Assembly: GCA_001687465.1 (NCBI GenBank)
Contig: LVLI01000100.1
Span: forward strand, 124,001 to 173,020
DNA from: Halocafeteria seosinensis
Lineage: Eukaryota
Reading direction: 5' to 3'
Length of the DNA stretch: 49,020 bases
The notes beneath the pieces were generated by a model. It was given only the letters and a program-made list of their open reading frames with translations. It had not been told where the DNA came from and ran no database searches. A program made the position numbers and the translations under genes. Positions 48,581 to 49,020 of the stretch are shown here, in pieces; the stretch's first letter is position 1; each line of letters opens with the position of its first letter.

Positions 48581-49020
48581 ATGAACGATCTGGATTTTCA
48601 ACACCTCAGAAGTAGCCTGCAGTCCCATGAATGCAGGTCTGAAGGCTGCGAAATCTGCGAGAAGGCAGACACTGCCCTTGGCAACTATTTCAAGCAGACG
48701 TGGCGCCAAATCCGAGCGAAACGAAGGCAGGAGTTTCAGTTAGATGGCGATACCATTTATCAGGTAAGCAGCTTCTCGTCATGACCAGATGGTCGTGTTT
48801 TCTCTCGGAAGTTGAATGTGTAACTGCAGGTAACCGCGAAAANAAGGCGGCGTTTGGCTCCCAGGCGTAGCCACGCGCGTATCATACAAAGTGTGCTACA
48901 GGAGGAAACGAGGTACACTTTAGCGAAGGCCAAAAAAAATGTAAGCAATATAAATGTTGGATGGTGCAAAAGGCAGGAAAGGGAGCCGTGTACGTGAAGT
49001 GTATTCTTCGACTAATCCCG
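48581..49020 (+). CDS. Spliced hypothetical gene (3' partial)
   Basis: ATG at 48581, donor GTAAGC at 48764, acceptor CTGCAG at ~48829; the next exon is open ('VTAKXRRRLAPRRSHARIIQSVLQEE'). Confidence 0.35.

Noticed and set aside
1..49020. CRISPR arrays, rRNA or tRNA genes
   Set aside because: No repeat-spacer array and no recognisable RNA-gene sequence was seen; the repeats present are coding or transposon-associated.

Overview
Eukaryotic nuclear DNA from a very compact, intron-containing genome. Introns are GT-AG and mostly about 50-80 nt. The standard genetic code is used, with TGA as a stop in several genes. CFAP57 and a NEK kinase point to a flagellated protist; a stramenopile-like lineage is my inference only. 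Positions 1-35.6 kb are a dense block of spliced housekeeping genes: TBC Rab-GAP, NEK kinase, KEA/TMCO3-type antiporter, TEX30-like hydrolase, VPS36, an NHL/LCCL/EGF membrane protein, xylulokinase, an INTS14-like gene, RPF1, an hnRNP F/H-like gene, NDUFB4 and CFAP57. Positions 35.6-49 kb are an accessory, repeat-rich zone of mostly intronless genes: a sulfotransferase, a TM-anchored AAA-ATPase/PD-(D/E)XK nuclease and a GLUG-repeat protein. It also holds a ~400 bp dispersed repeat pair and a 1.38 kb TIR element carrying a decayed chromodomain. The best novelty candidate is missed by the ORF track: a 3-exon minus-strand gene at 3866-4238. Once spliced it encodes an 83-aa protein with two in-frame TGA codons in a repeated F-x(1,2)-G-x-T-U-(x)-G-L motif, a candidate two-selenocysteine protein I do not recognise; no canonical SECIS could be confirmed by eye. 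All calls come from manual motif recognition; no database searches were run.
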